Assembly: GCA_964016885.1 (NCBI GenBank)
Contig: OZ024748.1
Coordinates: 30,938,001-31,002,000, forward strand
Length of the DNA: 64,000 bases
Source: Eledone cirrhosa
Lineage: Eukaryota
Direction of reading: 5' to 3'
Below the pieces are notes generated by a model. It was not told the origin of the DNA, ran no database searches, and saw only the letters and a program-made list of their open reading frames with translations. Below, in pieces: positions 37,601 through 50,602 of the stretch. Every line of letters begins with the position of its first letter. Position 1 is the first letter of the stretch. Made by a program: the position numbers and the translations under genes.

Positions 37601-40600
37601 TTAAGTCTAAGTGTTGGGGTTGGGAACTAAGTCTATGTCTAAGGATTTGGTTTTGGGTTTAAATCTAAATGTAAGACTTGGGGGTTTGTGTTTAAGCCTA
37701 AGTCTAAGACTTGGGGTTGGCGTTTAAGTCTAAGGCTTGGGGTTAGGGTATAAGTCTAAGGCTTGGTGTTGGGGTTTAAGTCTATCTCTAAGGCTTGGGG
37801 TTGGGAATAATATCTATGTCTAAGGCTTTGGTTTGTGATTTAAGTCTAAGTCTAAGGCCTGGGGTTGAGGTTTAAATCTAAGTCTAAGGCTTGGAGTTGG
37901 GGTTTAATTTTAAGTCTAAGGCTAGGAGTTGGGGCTCAGTCTTAGTCCAATGCTTGGGTTTGGCGTTTAAATCTATGTCTAAGCCTTGGGGTTGGGGTTT
38001 AAGTCTAAGTCTAATGCTTGGGTTTGGGGATTTAAGTCTATGTCTAAGGCTTTGGGTTGAGCTTTAAGTTTAAGTCTAAGGCTTGGGTTTGGGGTTTAAG
38101 TCTAAGTTTACGTCTTGGGGGTGGGGTTTAAGTCTAAGTTTAAGGCTTGGAGCTGGGGTTTAAGTCTAAGTCTAAGTCTTGAGGTTGGCGTTTAAATCTA
38201 TGTCTATGGCTTGGAGTTTAAGTCTACGTCTAATGCTAGTGGTTGGGTTTTAAATCTAAGTCTAAGGCTTAGGGTTGAGTTTCAAGTCTAAGTCTAAAGC
38301 TTGAGGTTGGGGTTTAAGTCTACGTCTAAGGCTTGTGGTTGGGGTTTAAATCTATGTCTATTGCTTGGGGTTTAAGTCTAAGTCTAAAGCTTATGGTTGG
38401 GGTTTAAGTCTAAATCTAAGGCTTTGGGTTAGGGTTTAAGTTTACGGGTTCGGCTAAGGCTTGGGGTTAGGTTTTAAGTCTAAGGCTTGTTGTTAGGGTT
38501 TAATTCTACGTCTAAGGCTTGTGGTTGGGGTTTAAATCTATGTCTATTGCTTGGGGTTTAAGTTTATGTATAAGGCTTGTGGTTGGGGTTTAAGTCTCAG
38601 TCTAAGTCTTGGAGTTGGGGTTTAACGTTACGTCTAAGGCTTGGGGTTGGGGAGTAAGTCTAAGTCTAAGGCTTGAAGCTGGGATTTAAATCTATGTGTA
38701 TGGCTTCGAGTTTAAGTCTAAGTCTAATGCTAGTGGTTGGGGTTTAAGTCTAAGTCTAAGCATTTTGGTTGGGGTTTAATTCTATGTTTAATGGTTGGGG
38801 TTAGGGTTTAAGTCTAAGGCGTGGAGTTGGGCTTTAAGTCTAAGTCTAAGGCTTGGGTTTGGGGTTTAAATCTAAGTCTAAGGCTTTGGGTTGAGGTTAA
38901 TGTATATGTCTAAGGCTTGGGGTTGGGTTTAAGTCTATGTCTAAGACTTGGGGTTGGGGTTCAAGTCTAAGTCTAAGTCTTGGGGTTGGGGTTTCAGTCT
39001 AAGTCTAAAGCTTGGAGCTGGGGTTTTAGTCTAAGTCTAAGTCTTGAGGTTGGGGTTTAAATCTATGTCTATGGCTTGGGGTTGCGATTTAAGTCTAAGG
39101 CTTGGGGTTAGGGTTTATGTCTAAGACTTGGTGTTGGGGTTGAAGTCTAAGTCTAAGGCTTGGGTATAATCTAAGTCAAAGGCTTGGGGTTGGGGTTGAA
39201 GTTTAAGTCTAAGTCTAGGTGTTGGTGTTTAAGTCTAAGTCTAAGGCTTCTGGTTTGGGTTTAAGTCTAAGGCTTGGGGTTCGGGTTTAAATCTAAGGCT
39301 AAGTCTTGTGGTTGGGGTTTAAGTCTAACTCTAAGGCTTGGGTTTGTGGTTTAAATCTAAGTGTAAGGGTTGGTTTAGGATTTAAGTCTAAGGCTTGGGG
39401 TTAGGGTTTAATTCTAAGGCTTGGAGTTGGGGTTTAAGTATATGTCTAAGGCTTGGGGTTGGGGTTTAAGTCTAAGTCTAAGGCTTTAGGTTGGGATTTA
39501 TGTCTACGTCTAAGGCTTGGGGTTGGGGTTTAAGTCTAAGTCTAAGACTTGGTGTTGGAGTTTAAGTCTAAGTCTAAGGCTTTGTGTTGAGGTTTAAGTT
39601 TAAGTCTAAGGCCTGGGGTTGGTGTTTAAGTCTAAGTCTAAGTCTTGGTGTTGGAGTTTAAGTCTAAGTCTAAGGCTTGTGGTTGGGGTTCAAATAGATG
39701 TCTAAGGCTTGGGGTTTAAGTCTAAGTCTAAAGCTTATTGTTGGGGATTTAAGTCTATGTCTAAGGCTATGGTTTTGGATTTAAGTCTAAGTCTAAGGAT
39801 TGGGGTTTGGGTTTAAGTCTAAGGATTTGGGATACGGTTTAAGTCTAAGGTTTGGTGTTGGCTTTAAGTCTAAGTCTAATGCTAGTGGTTGAGGTTTAAG
39901 TCTAAGTCTATGATTTAGGGTTGGGGTTTAAGTCTATGTCTAAGTCTTGTGGTTGGGGTTTAAATCCATGTCTAAGGGTTGTGGTTGGGGTTTAAGTCTA
40001 ACTCTAAGACTTGGTGTTGGGTTTAAGTCTACGGCTTGTTGTTATGGTTTAATTCTAAGCCTTGGAGTTGGGGTTTATGTCTAAGTCTAATGCTAGTAGG
40101 TGGGGTTTAAGTCTAGGACTAAGTATTGGGGTTGGGTTTTAAGTCTAAGTCTAAGGCTTGTGGTTGAGGTTTAAGTCTAAGACTTGGGGTTCGGGTTTAA
40201 GTCTAAGTCAAAGGCTTGTGTTTGTGGTTTAAGTCTAAGTCTAAGGGTTGGTTCAGGATTTAAGTCTAAGGCTTGGGGTTAGGGTTTAATTCTAAGGCTT
40301 GGAGTTGGGGTTTAAGTCTAAGTCTAACGCTTGGGGTTGGGGTTCAAGTATATGTCTAAGGCCTGGGGTTGGGCTTTAAGTCTAAGTCTTGGGTTTGGGG
40401 TTTAAGGCTAAGTCTAATGCTTGTGGTCGAGGTTTATGTCTTAGTCTAAGGCTTGGGGTTAGGGTGTGTGTATAAATCTAATGCTTGGCGTTAGGGTTTA
40501 AGTCTAAGTCTATGGCTTGGGCTTGGGGTATCTGTCTAAGTCTAAGGCTAAGGTTGGGGTTCGGGTTTAAGTTTAAGTGTTGTGGTCAGGATTTAATTCT

Positions 40601-43600
40601 AAGGCTTGGAGTTTGGCTCTACGTCTAAGTCTTAAGCTTGTGGTTGCGGTTTAAGTCCATGTCTAAGGCTTGGGTTTGGAGTTTAAGTCTAAGTCTAAGG
40701 TTTGAGGTTGGAGTTTAAGTCTAAGTCTTGGAGTTTGGGTCTAATTTTATGTCTAAGTCTAAGGGTTGGTGTTAGGATTTAAGTCTAAGGCTTGGGGTTA
40801 GGGTTTAAGTCTACAGCTTGTGGTTATGGTTTCATTGTAAGGCTTGGAGTTGGGGTTTATGTCTAAGTCTAATGCTAGTGGGTGGGGTTTCTGTCTAACA
40901 CTAAGAATTGGAGTTGGGGTTTAAGTCCAAGTCTAAGGCTTGTGTTTCGGGTTTAAGTCTAAGTCTAACGCTTGGGTTTGGTGTTCAAGTATATGTCTAA
41001 GGCGTGGGGTTGGGGTTTAAGTCTAATTCTAAGTCTTGCGGTTGGGGTTTAAGTCTAAGTCTAAGGCTTCGTGTTGAACTTTAAGTTTAAGTCTAAGGCT
41101 TGGGGTTCGGGTTTAAGTCTAAGTTTTATGCTTGTGGTTGGGGTTTAAGTCTAACTCTAAGGTTGGGCTTGGGATTTAAGTCTAAGTCTAAGGCTTGTGG
41201 TTGGGGTTTAAATCTATGTCTAAGACTTGGGGTTTAAGTCTAAGACTAAGGCTTAATGTTGGGGATTAAGTCTATGTCTAAAGCTTAATTTAGGGGATTA
41301 GGTCTAAGTCTAAGGCATGGGGTTCGGGTTTAAGTCTAAGTCTAAGGCTTCGGGTTGGGGTTTAAGTGTAAGTCTTGTGGTTGAGTTTTAAGTCTAAATC
41401 TATGGCTTTGAATTGGCGTTTAAGTCTTGGGGTTGGGGTTTAAGTGTAAGTCTAAGGCTTGGGTTTCGGGTTTCAGTCTAAGTCTAAGTCTTGTGGTTTG
41501 GGTTTAAGTCTAAGTCTAAGGCTTAGGGTTGGGGTTTAAATCTATGTCTAAGCGATGGGGTTGGGGTTTAAGTCTAACTCTAAGACTTGCCGTTGGGTTT
41601 AAGTCTACGGCTTGTGGTTATGGTTTAATTCTAAGGCTTGGAGTTGGGGTTTAAGTCTAAGTCTAATGCTAGTGGGTGGGGTTCAAGCTTGGGTTTGGTT
41701 TTAAGTCTAAGTCTATGGTTGAGGTTTAAGTCTAAGTCTAAGTATAGAGATTAGGCGTAAGGCTTGTGGTTAGGGTTTAATTCTAAGGCTTAGAGTTGTG
41801 GTTTAAGTGTAAGCTTTGGGTTTGGGTTTAAGTTTACGTCTAAGTCTAGGGGTTGGGGCTTAGTCTAAATCTTAGGGTTGGGGTTAAAGTCTAAGTCTGC
41901 GGCTTGGGGTTGGTGTTTAAGTCTAAGTCTAAGGCTTTGGGTTGGGGTTTAAATCTAAATCTAACGCTTCGGGTTGTGGTTAGGTTTTAAGTCTAAGGCT
42001 TGGGGTTAGGGTTTAATTCTAAATCTAAGGCTTGGGATTGGGGTTTAATTTTAAGTCTAAGAGTAGGAGTTGGGGTTCAAGTCTAAGTCTAAGGCTTAGG
42101 GTTGGGATTTAAGTCTAAGATTTGGGGTTGTGGTTTAAGTCTATGTCTAAGGCTTGTGGTTGGGGTTTAAGTCTAAGTCTAAGGCTTAGTGTTGGATTTT
42201 AAATCTATGTCTAAGGGTTGGAGTTGTGGTTTAAGTCTAACTCTAAGGCTTGGTGTTGGGTTTAAGTCTACGGCTTGTGGTTATGGTTTAATTCTGAGGC
42301 TGGGAGTTGGGGTTTATGTCTAGGTCTAATGCTAGTGGGTGGGGTCTAAGACTAAGAATTGGGTTGTGGTTTAAGTCTAAGTCTAAGGCTTGTTGTTCGG
42401 GTTTAAGTCTAAGTCTAAGGCCTGTGGTTGCGGTTTAATTCTAAGGCTTGGTGTTCGGGTTTAAGTCTCAGTCTAAGTCTTGTCGTTGTGGTTTAAGTCG
42501 AAGTCTAAGACTTGGGTTTGTGGTTTAAGTCTAAGTCTAAGTTTTGATTTAGGATTTAAGTCTAAGGCCTGGCGTTAGGGTTTAATTCTAAGGCTTAGAG
42601 TCGGGGTTTAAGTCTAAGACTAACGCTTGGGGTTGGGGTTCAAGTCTAAGTCTAAGGCTTGTGGTTGGGTTTTAAGTCTCAATCTAAGTTTTTGGGTTGG
42701 CGTTTAAGTCTAAGTAAAACTTGGGGTTGCGTTTAAGTGTAAGTCTAAGGCTTGGGTTTCGGGTTTAAGTCTAAGTCTAAGTCTTGTGGTTTGTGTTTAA
42801 ATCTAACTCTAAGGCTTGGTGTTGGGTTTAAGTCTACGGCTTGTGGTTTGGGGTTTAAGTCTAAGGCTTAGGGTGGGCGTTTAAGTCTAAGGCTTGTGGT
42901 TCGGGTTTAAGTCTAAGTCTAAGGCTTGGGATTGGGGTTTAAATCTAAGTGTAAGGCTTGGGATTGGGGTTTAAGTCTAAATGTAAGGCTTGTGGTTGGG
43001 GTTTAAGTCTATGTCTAAGGCTTGGTATTGGGATTTAAGTCTATGTCTAAGGCTATGGTTTGGGGTTTAAGTCTAAGTCTAAGTCTTGGGGTTTGGGTTT
43101 AAGTCTAAGGATTTTGGATACGGTTTAAGTCTAATGCTTGGTGTTGGCCTTAAGTCTAAGTCTAATGCTAGTGGTTGAGGTTTAAGTCTAGGATTAAGTA
43201 TTGGGGTTGGGTTTTAAGTCTAAGTCTAAGGCTTGTGGTTGAGGTTTAAGTCTAAGTCTTGTCGTTGGGGTTTAAGTCGAAGTCTAAGGCTTGGGTTTGT
43301 GGTTTAAGTCTAAGTCTAAGTGTTGATTTAGGATTTAAGTCTAAGGCCTGGCGTTAGGGTTTAATTCTAAGGCTTGGAGTTGGGGTTTAAGTCTAAGTCT
43401 AACGCTTGGGGTTTGGGTTCAAGTATATGTCTAAGGCTTCGGGTTGGGGTTTAAGTCTAAGTGTAAGTTTTGGGATTGGGGTTTAAGTCAAAGTCTAAGG
43501 CTTGTGTTGAGGTTTAAGTTTAAGTCTAACGCTCGGGGTTGTGGTTCAAGTATATGTCTAAGGCTTGTGGTTGGGTTTTAAGTCTAAATCTAAGACTTGG

Positions 43601-46600
43601 GGTTGGGGTTTAAGTGTAAGACTAAGGCTTGGGTTTCGGGTTTAAGTCTACGGCTTGTGGTTTGAGGTTTATATCTAAGTCTAAGGCTTGGGGTGCGGGT
43701 TTAATTCTAAGGCTTGTGGTTCGGGTTTAAGTCTAAGTCTAAGGCTTGGGATTGGGGATTAAATCTAAGTCTAAGTATTAGGGTTGGGGTTTAAGTCTAA
43801 GTCTAAGGCTTGGGTTGAGGTTTAAGTCTAAGTCTTGGAGTTGGGGTTTAAGTCTAAGTCTAATGCTTGGGGCTGGGGTTTTAGTATAAGTCTAAGTGTT
43901 GGGGTTGGGGTTTAAGTCTAAGTCTTATTCTTGTGGTTGGGGTTCAAGTAGAAGTCTAACGATTGCGCTTGGGCTTCAAGTCCAACTCTAAGGTTGGGCT
44001 TGGGGTTTAAGTCTAAGGCTTGTGGTTGGGGTTTAAATCTACGTCTAAGAGTTGGGGTTTAAGTCTAAGTCTAAAGCTTAATGTTGGGGATTAAGTCTAT
44101 GTTTAAGGCTTAAGGTTGGGGATTAAATCTAAGTCTAAGGCTTGGTGTTGGCTTTAAGTCTAAGTCTATATTTTGGGTTTGAGGTTTAAGTCTATCTCTA
44201 AGGCTTAGGGTTGGGGTTTAAATCTATGTCTAAGGGTTGGGGTTGGGGTTTAAGTCTAACTCTAAGGCTTGGTGTTGGGTTTAAGTCTACGGCTTGTACT
44301 TATGCTTTAATTCTAAGGCTTGTAGTTGGGGTTTATGTCTAAGTCTAATGTTAGTGGGTGGGGTTTATGTCTAAGACTTAGAATTGGGGTTGGGGTTTAA
44401 GTCTAAGTCTAAGGCTTGGGGTTCGGTTTAAGTCTAAGTCTAAGGCTTGGGGTTTGGATTTAAGTCTAGGTCTAAGGCTTGTGGTTGGGGTTTAAGTCTA
44501 AGGCTTGCGGTTCGGGTTTAAATCTAAGTCTAAGTCTTGAGGTTGGGGTTTAAGTCTAAGTCTAAAGCTTAATGTTGGGGATTAAGTCTATGTTTAAGGC
44601 TTAAGGTTGGGGATTAAGTCTAAGTCTAAGGCTCGGTGTTGGCTTTAAGTCTAAGTCTATATTTTGGGTTTGAGGTTTAAGGCTATCTCTAAGGCTTGCG
44701 GTTGGGGATTAAGTCTAAGTCTAAGGCTTAGGGTTGGGATTTAAATCTATGTCTAAAGGTTGGGGTTGAGGGTTAAGTCTAATTCCAAGGCTTGGTGTTG
44801 GCTTTAAGTCTACGGCTTGTGGTTATGGTTTAATTCTGAGGCTTGGAGTTCGGGTTTATGTCTAAGTCTAATGCTAGTAGGTGGGGTTTAAGTCTAAGAC
44901 TAAGTATTGGGGTTGGGGTTTAAGTCTACGTCTAAGGCTTGGGATTGGGGTTTAAATCTAAGTGTAAGGCTTGGGGTTGGGTTTAAGTCTACGGCTTGTG
45001 GTTATGGTTTAATTCTGAGGCTGGGAGTTGGGGTTTATGTCTAGGTCTAATGCTAGTGGTTGGGGTCTAAGACTAAGAATTGGGGTTGTGGTTTAAGTCT
45101 AAGTCTACGTCTTGGGGTTCGGGTTTAAGTCTAAGTCTAAGGCCTGTGGTTGCGGTTTAATTCTAAGGCTTGGTTTTCGGGTTTAAGACCAAGTCTAAGG
45201 CTTGGGATTGGGGATTAAATCTAAGTCTAAGTATTGGGGTTGGGGTTTAAGTCTAAGTCTAAGGCTTGGGGTTAGGGTTTAATTCTAAGGCTTGGAGTTG
45301 GGGTTTAAGTCTAAGTCTAACGCTTGGTGTTGGGGTTCAAGTATATGTCTAAAGCTTCGGGTTGGGGTTTAAGTCTAAGTGTAAGTTTTGGGATTGGGGT
45401 TTAAGTCTAAGTCTAAGGCTTGTGTTGAGGTTTAAGTTTAAGTCTAACGCTCGGGTTTGTGGTTCAAGTATATGTCTAAGGGTTGGGGTTGAGGTTTAAG
45501 TCTAACTCTAAGGCTTGGTGTTGGGTTTAAGTCTACGGCTTGTGGTTATGGTTTAATTCTGAGGCTTGGAGTTCGGGTTTATGTCTAAGTCTAATGCTAG
45601 TGGGTGGGGTTTAAGTCTAAGACTAAGTATTGGGGTTGGGGTTTAAGTCTACGTCTAAGGCTTGGGATTGGGGTTAAAGTCTAAGTGTAAGGCTTGTGGT
45701 TGGGGTTTAAATCTAAGTCTAAGTCTTGAGGTTGGGGTTTAAGTCTAAGTCTAAAGTTTACTGTTGGGGATTAAATCTATATTTAAGGCTTAAGGTTGGG
45801 GATTAAGTCTAAGTCTAAGGCTTGGTGTTGGCTTTAAGTCTAAGTCTATATTTTGGGTTTGAGGTTTAAGTCTATCTCTAAGGCTTGGTGTTGGGGATTA
45901 AATCTAAGTCTAAGGCTTAGGGTTGGGATTTAAATCTATGTCTAAGGGTTGGGGTTGAGGTTTAAGTCTAACTCTAAGGCTTGGTGTTGGGTTTAAGTCT
46001 AAGGCTTAGGGTTCGGGTTTAAGTCTAAGTCTAAGGCTTGGGTTTGTGGTTTAAGGCTAAGTCTAAGGGTTGGTTCAGGATTTAAGTCTAAGGCTTGGAG
46101 TTGGGGTTTAAGTCTAAGTCTAACGCTTGGGGTTGGGATTCAAGTATATGTCTAAGGCTTGGGGTTGGGGTTTAAGTCTAAGTCTAAGTGTTGGGGTTGG
46201 GGTTTAAGTGTAAGTCTTATTCTTGTGGTTGGGGTTCAAGTAGAAGTCTAATGATTGCGCTTGGGCTTCAAGTCCAACTCTAAGGTTAGGCTTGGGGTTT
46301 AAGTCTAAGTCTAAGGCTTGTGGTTGGGGTTTAAATCTACGTCTAAGAGTTGGGGTTTAAGTCTAAGTCTAAAGCTTAATGTTGGGGATTAAGTCTATGT
46401 TTAAGGCTTAAGGTTGGGAATTAAGTCTAAGGTTTGGTGTTGGCTTTAAGTCTAAGTCTATATTTTGGGTTTGAGGTTTAAGTCTATCTCTAAGGCTTAG
46501 GGCTGCGGTTTAAATCTATGTCTAAGGCTTGGGGTTTAAGTCTAACTCTAAGGCTTGGTGTTGGGTTTAAGTCTACGGCTTGTACTTATGCTTTAATTCT

Positions 46601-49600
46601 AAGACTTGGAGTTGGGGTTTATGTCTAAGTCTAATGCTAGTGGGTGGGGTTTATGTCTAAGACTTAGAATTGGGGTTGGGGTTTAAGTCTAAGTCTAAGG
46701 CTTGGGGTTCGGTTTAAGTCTAAGTCTAAGGCTTGGGGTTTGGATTTAAGTCTAAGTGTAAGGCTTGTGGTTGGGGTTTAAGTCTAAGGCTTGGGGTTCG
46801 GGTTTAAGTCTAAGTCTAAGTCTTGTGGTTGGGGTTTAAGTCTAAGTTTAAGGCTTGGGTTTGTGGTTTAAGTCTAATTCTAAGGTTTGTGGGTTGGTGT
46901 TTAAGCCTAAGTCTAAGCCTTGGGGTTGAGATTTAAGTCTAACTCTAAGGCTTGGTGTTGGCTTTAAGTCTACGGCTTGTGGTTATGGTTTAATTCTGAG
47001 GCTTGTAGTTCGGGTTTATGTCTAAGTCTAATGCTCGTGGGTGGGGTTTAAGTCTAAGACTAAGTTTTGGGGTTGGGTTTAAGTCTACGTCTAAGGCTTG
47101 TGGTTGGGGTTTAAGTCTAAGGCTTGGGGTTCGGGTTTAAGTCTAAGTCTAACGCTTGGGTGTGAGGTTTAAGTCTAAGTCTAAGTGTTGGTTTAGAATT
47201 TAAGTCTAAGTCTTATGATTGTGGTTGGTGTTCAAGTCTAAGTCTCACGCTTGCGCTTGGGCTTCAAGTCCAACTCTAAGGTTGGGCTTGGGGTATAAGT
47301 CTAAGTGTAAGGCTTGTGGTTGAAGTTTAATTCTACGTCTAAGACTACGTCTAAAGCTTAATGTTGGGGATTAAGTCTATGTCTAAGGCTTGGGTTTCGG
47401 GTTTAAGTCTACATCTAAGGCTTGTGGTTGGCGTTTAAATCTAAGTCTAAGACTTGGGTTTCGGGTTTAAGTCTAAGTCTAAGTCTTGTGGTTTGAGTTT
47501 AAATCTAAATCTAAAGCTTAGGGTAGGGGTTTAAATCTATGTCTAAGGGTTGGGGTTGGGGTTTAAGTCTAAGGCTTGTGGTTACGGTTTAAATCTAAGG
47601 CTTGGTGTTGGTTTTAAGTCTAAGTCTAATGCTAGTGGTTGAGCTTTAAGTCTAAGTCTATGATTTGGGGTTGGGGTTTAAGTCTATGTCTAAGGCTTAG
47701 GGTTGGGTTTCAAATCTATATCTAAGGGTTGGGGTTGGGGTTTCAGTCTAACTCTAAGGCTTGGTGTTGGTTTAAGTCTACGTCTTGTGGTTATGGTTTA
47801 ATTCTAAGGCTTGGAGTTGGGGTTTAAGTCTAAGTCTAATTCTAGTGCTGGGCTTCAAGTCTAGGTCTAAGGCTTGGGTTTGGGGTTTAAGTTTAAGTCT
47901 AAGACTTTGGGTTGGGGTTTAAGTGTAAGTCTAAGGCTTCGTGTTGGGATTTAAGTCTATGTCGCTGGCTATGATTTTGCGTTTAAGTCTAAGTCTAATG
48001 CTAGTGGTTGAGGTTTAAGTCTAAGTCTATGTTTTGCGGTTGGAGTTTAAGTCTATGTTTAGGGCTTGGGGTTGGAGTTTAAGTCTAACCCTAAGTCTAA
48101 GGCTTGGGATTCGGGTTTAAGTCTAATTCTAAGTCTTTGGTTTTGGGTTTAAGTCTAAGTCTAAGGTTTGTGGGTTGGTGTTTAAGCCTAAGTCTAAGGC
48201 TTGGTGTTGGCTTTATGTCTAAGTCTATGTTTTGGGGTTCAAGTTGAAGTCTATGTCTAAGGCTTAGGGTGGGGATTTAAATCTATGTCTAAGGGTTTGG
48301 GTTGAGGTTTAAGTCTAACTATAAGTCTACGGCTTGTGGTTAAGGTTTAATTATGAGGCTTGGTGTTGGGGTTTATGACTAAGTCTAATGCTAGGTGGTG
48401 GGGTTTAAGTCTAAGACTAAGTATTGGGGTTGGGGTTTAAGTCTAAGTCTAAATCTTGTGGTTGTGGTTTAAGTCTAAATCTAAGGCTTGGGTTTGAGGT
48501 TTAAGTCTAAGTCTAACGCTTCCGCTTAGGCTTCAAGTCCAACTCTAAGGTTGGGCTTGGGGTTTAAGTCTAAGTGTAAGGCTTGTGGTTGAGGTTTAAT
48601 TCTACGTCTAAGACTTGGGGTTTAAGTCTAAGTCTAAAGCTTAATGTTGGGGATTAAGTCTAAGTCTAAGGCTTGGGTTTCGGGTTTAAGTCTATATCTA
48701 AGGCTTCAGGTTGGGGTTTAAGTCTAAGTCTAAGGCTTGTGGTTGGGGTTTAAGTCTAAGGCTTTGGTTTTGGGTTTAAGTCTAAGTCTAAGGCTTGTGG
48801 TTGGGTTTTATGTCTCAATCTATGGCTTTGGGCTGGCGTTTAAATCTAAGTCTAAGGCTTGGGGTTGGGGTTTAAGTGTAAGTCTAAGGCTTGGGCTTCG
48901 CGTTTAAGTCTAAGTCTAAGTCCTGTGGTTTGGGTTTAAATCTAAATCTAAGGTTTAGGGTTGGGGTTTAAATCTATGTCTAAATGTTGGGGTTGGGGTT
49001 TAAGTCTATCTCTAAGGTTTGGTGTTGGGTTTAAGTCTACGCATTGTGGTTATGGTTTAATTCTGAGCCTTGGAGTTGGGGTTTAAGTCTAACTCTAAGA
49101 CTTGGGGTTGGGTTTTAAGTCTAAGTCTTGGGGTTACGGTTTAAGTCTAAAGCCTGGTGTTGACTTTAAATCTAAGTCTAATGCTAGTGGTTGAGGTTTA
49201 AGTCTAATTTATGTTTTGGGGTTGGGTTTTAAGTCTAACTCTAAGGCTTGATTTTGGATTTAAGTCTACGGCTTGTGGTTATGGTTTAATTCTGAGGCTT
49301 GGAGTTGGGGTTTATGTCTAAGTCTAATGCTAGTGGGTGGGGTTTAAGTCTAAGACTAAGAATTGAGGTTGGGGTTTAAGTCTCAGATTAAGGCTTGGTG
49401 TTCGGGATTAAGTCTAAGTCTAAGTCTTGTGGTTGGGGTTCAAGTCTAAGGCTAAGGCTTGGGTTTGTGGTTTAAGTCTAAGTCTAAGGGTTGGTTTAGG
49501 ATTTAAGTCTAAGTCTTGGAGTTAGAGTTTAATTCTAAGGCTTGGAGTTGGGGTGTAAGTCTGAGTCTAAAGCTTGGGGTTGGGGTTCAAGTATATGTCT

Positions 49601-50602
49601 CAGGCTTGGGTTGGGGTTTAAGTCTAAGTCTAAGGCTTTAGGTTGGGCTTTAAGTCTAAGTTTAAGTCATATGTTGGGGTTTAAGTCTAAGGCTTTGTGT
49701 TGAGGTTTAAGTTTAAGTCTAAGGCTTGGGGTTGTGGTTTCAGTCTAAGTCTTATGCTTGCGCTTGGGCTTCAAGTCCAACTCTCAGATTGGGCTTGTGG
49801 TTTAAGTCTAAGTCTAAGGGTTGTGGTTGGGATCTAGATCTACGTCTAAGGCTTGGGGTTTAAGTCTAAGTCTAAAGCTTAATGTTAGGGATTAAGTCTA
49901 TGTCTAAGGCTTGGGGTTCGGGTTTAATTCTAAGTCTAAGACTTCGGGTTGGCGTTTAAGTTTAATTCTAAGGCTTTGGATTTGGGTTTAAGTCTAAGTC
50001 TAAGGCTTGTGGTTGCGTTTTATGTCTAAATGTAAGGCTTGGGGTTGGGGTTTAAGTCTAACTCTAAGGCTTGGTGTTGGGTTTAAGTCTACGGCTTGTG
50101 GTTATGGTTTAATTCTAAGGCTTGGAGTTGGGGCTTATGTCAAAGTCTAATGCTAGTGGGTGGGGTTTAAGTCTAAGACTAAGAATTGGGGTTGGGGTTT
50201 AAGTCTAAGGCTTGGGGTTGGGGTTTAAGTCTACGCCTAACGCTTGGGGTTGGGGTTCAAGTATATATCTAAGGCTTGGGGTTGGGCTTTAAGTCTAAGT
50301 CAAAGGCTTTAGGTTGGGGTTTAAATCTAAGTCTAAGTCTTGGAGTTGGGTTTTAAGTCTAAGTCTAAGTCTTGGGTTTGGGGTTTAAGGCTTTGTATTG
50401 AGGTTTAAGTTCAAATCTAAGGCTTGGGGTTGGGGTTTAAGTCTAAGGCTTGGGGTTACGGTTTAAGTCTAAATCTTGGTGTTGGTTTTAAGTCTAAGTC
50501 AAATGCTAGTGGTTGAGATTTAAGTCTAAGTCTATGTTTTGGGGTTGGGGTTTAAGTCTAAGTCTAAGGCTTAGGTTTGGTGTTTAAATCTATGTCTAAG
50601 GG

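Larger units (their letters stand above)
16109..50602 (-). repeat. Satellite block B, inverted orientation (G-rich strand on top), about 34.5 kb
   Basis: Monomers read GGGGTTTAAGTCTAAGTCTAAGGCTTGG from gtttaagtctaggtctaaggc (16109) to ...tatgtctaaggg (50602). Confidence 0.97.

Noticed and set aside
49831-49840. 10-bp palindrome GATCTAGATC
   Set aside because: It occurs once, can be explained by a few substitutions in a monomer, and is expected by chance in 64 kb.
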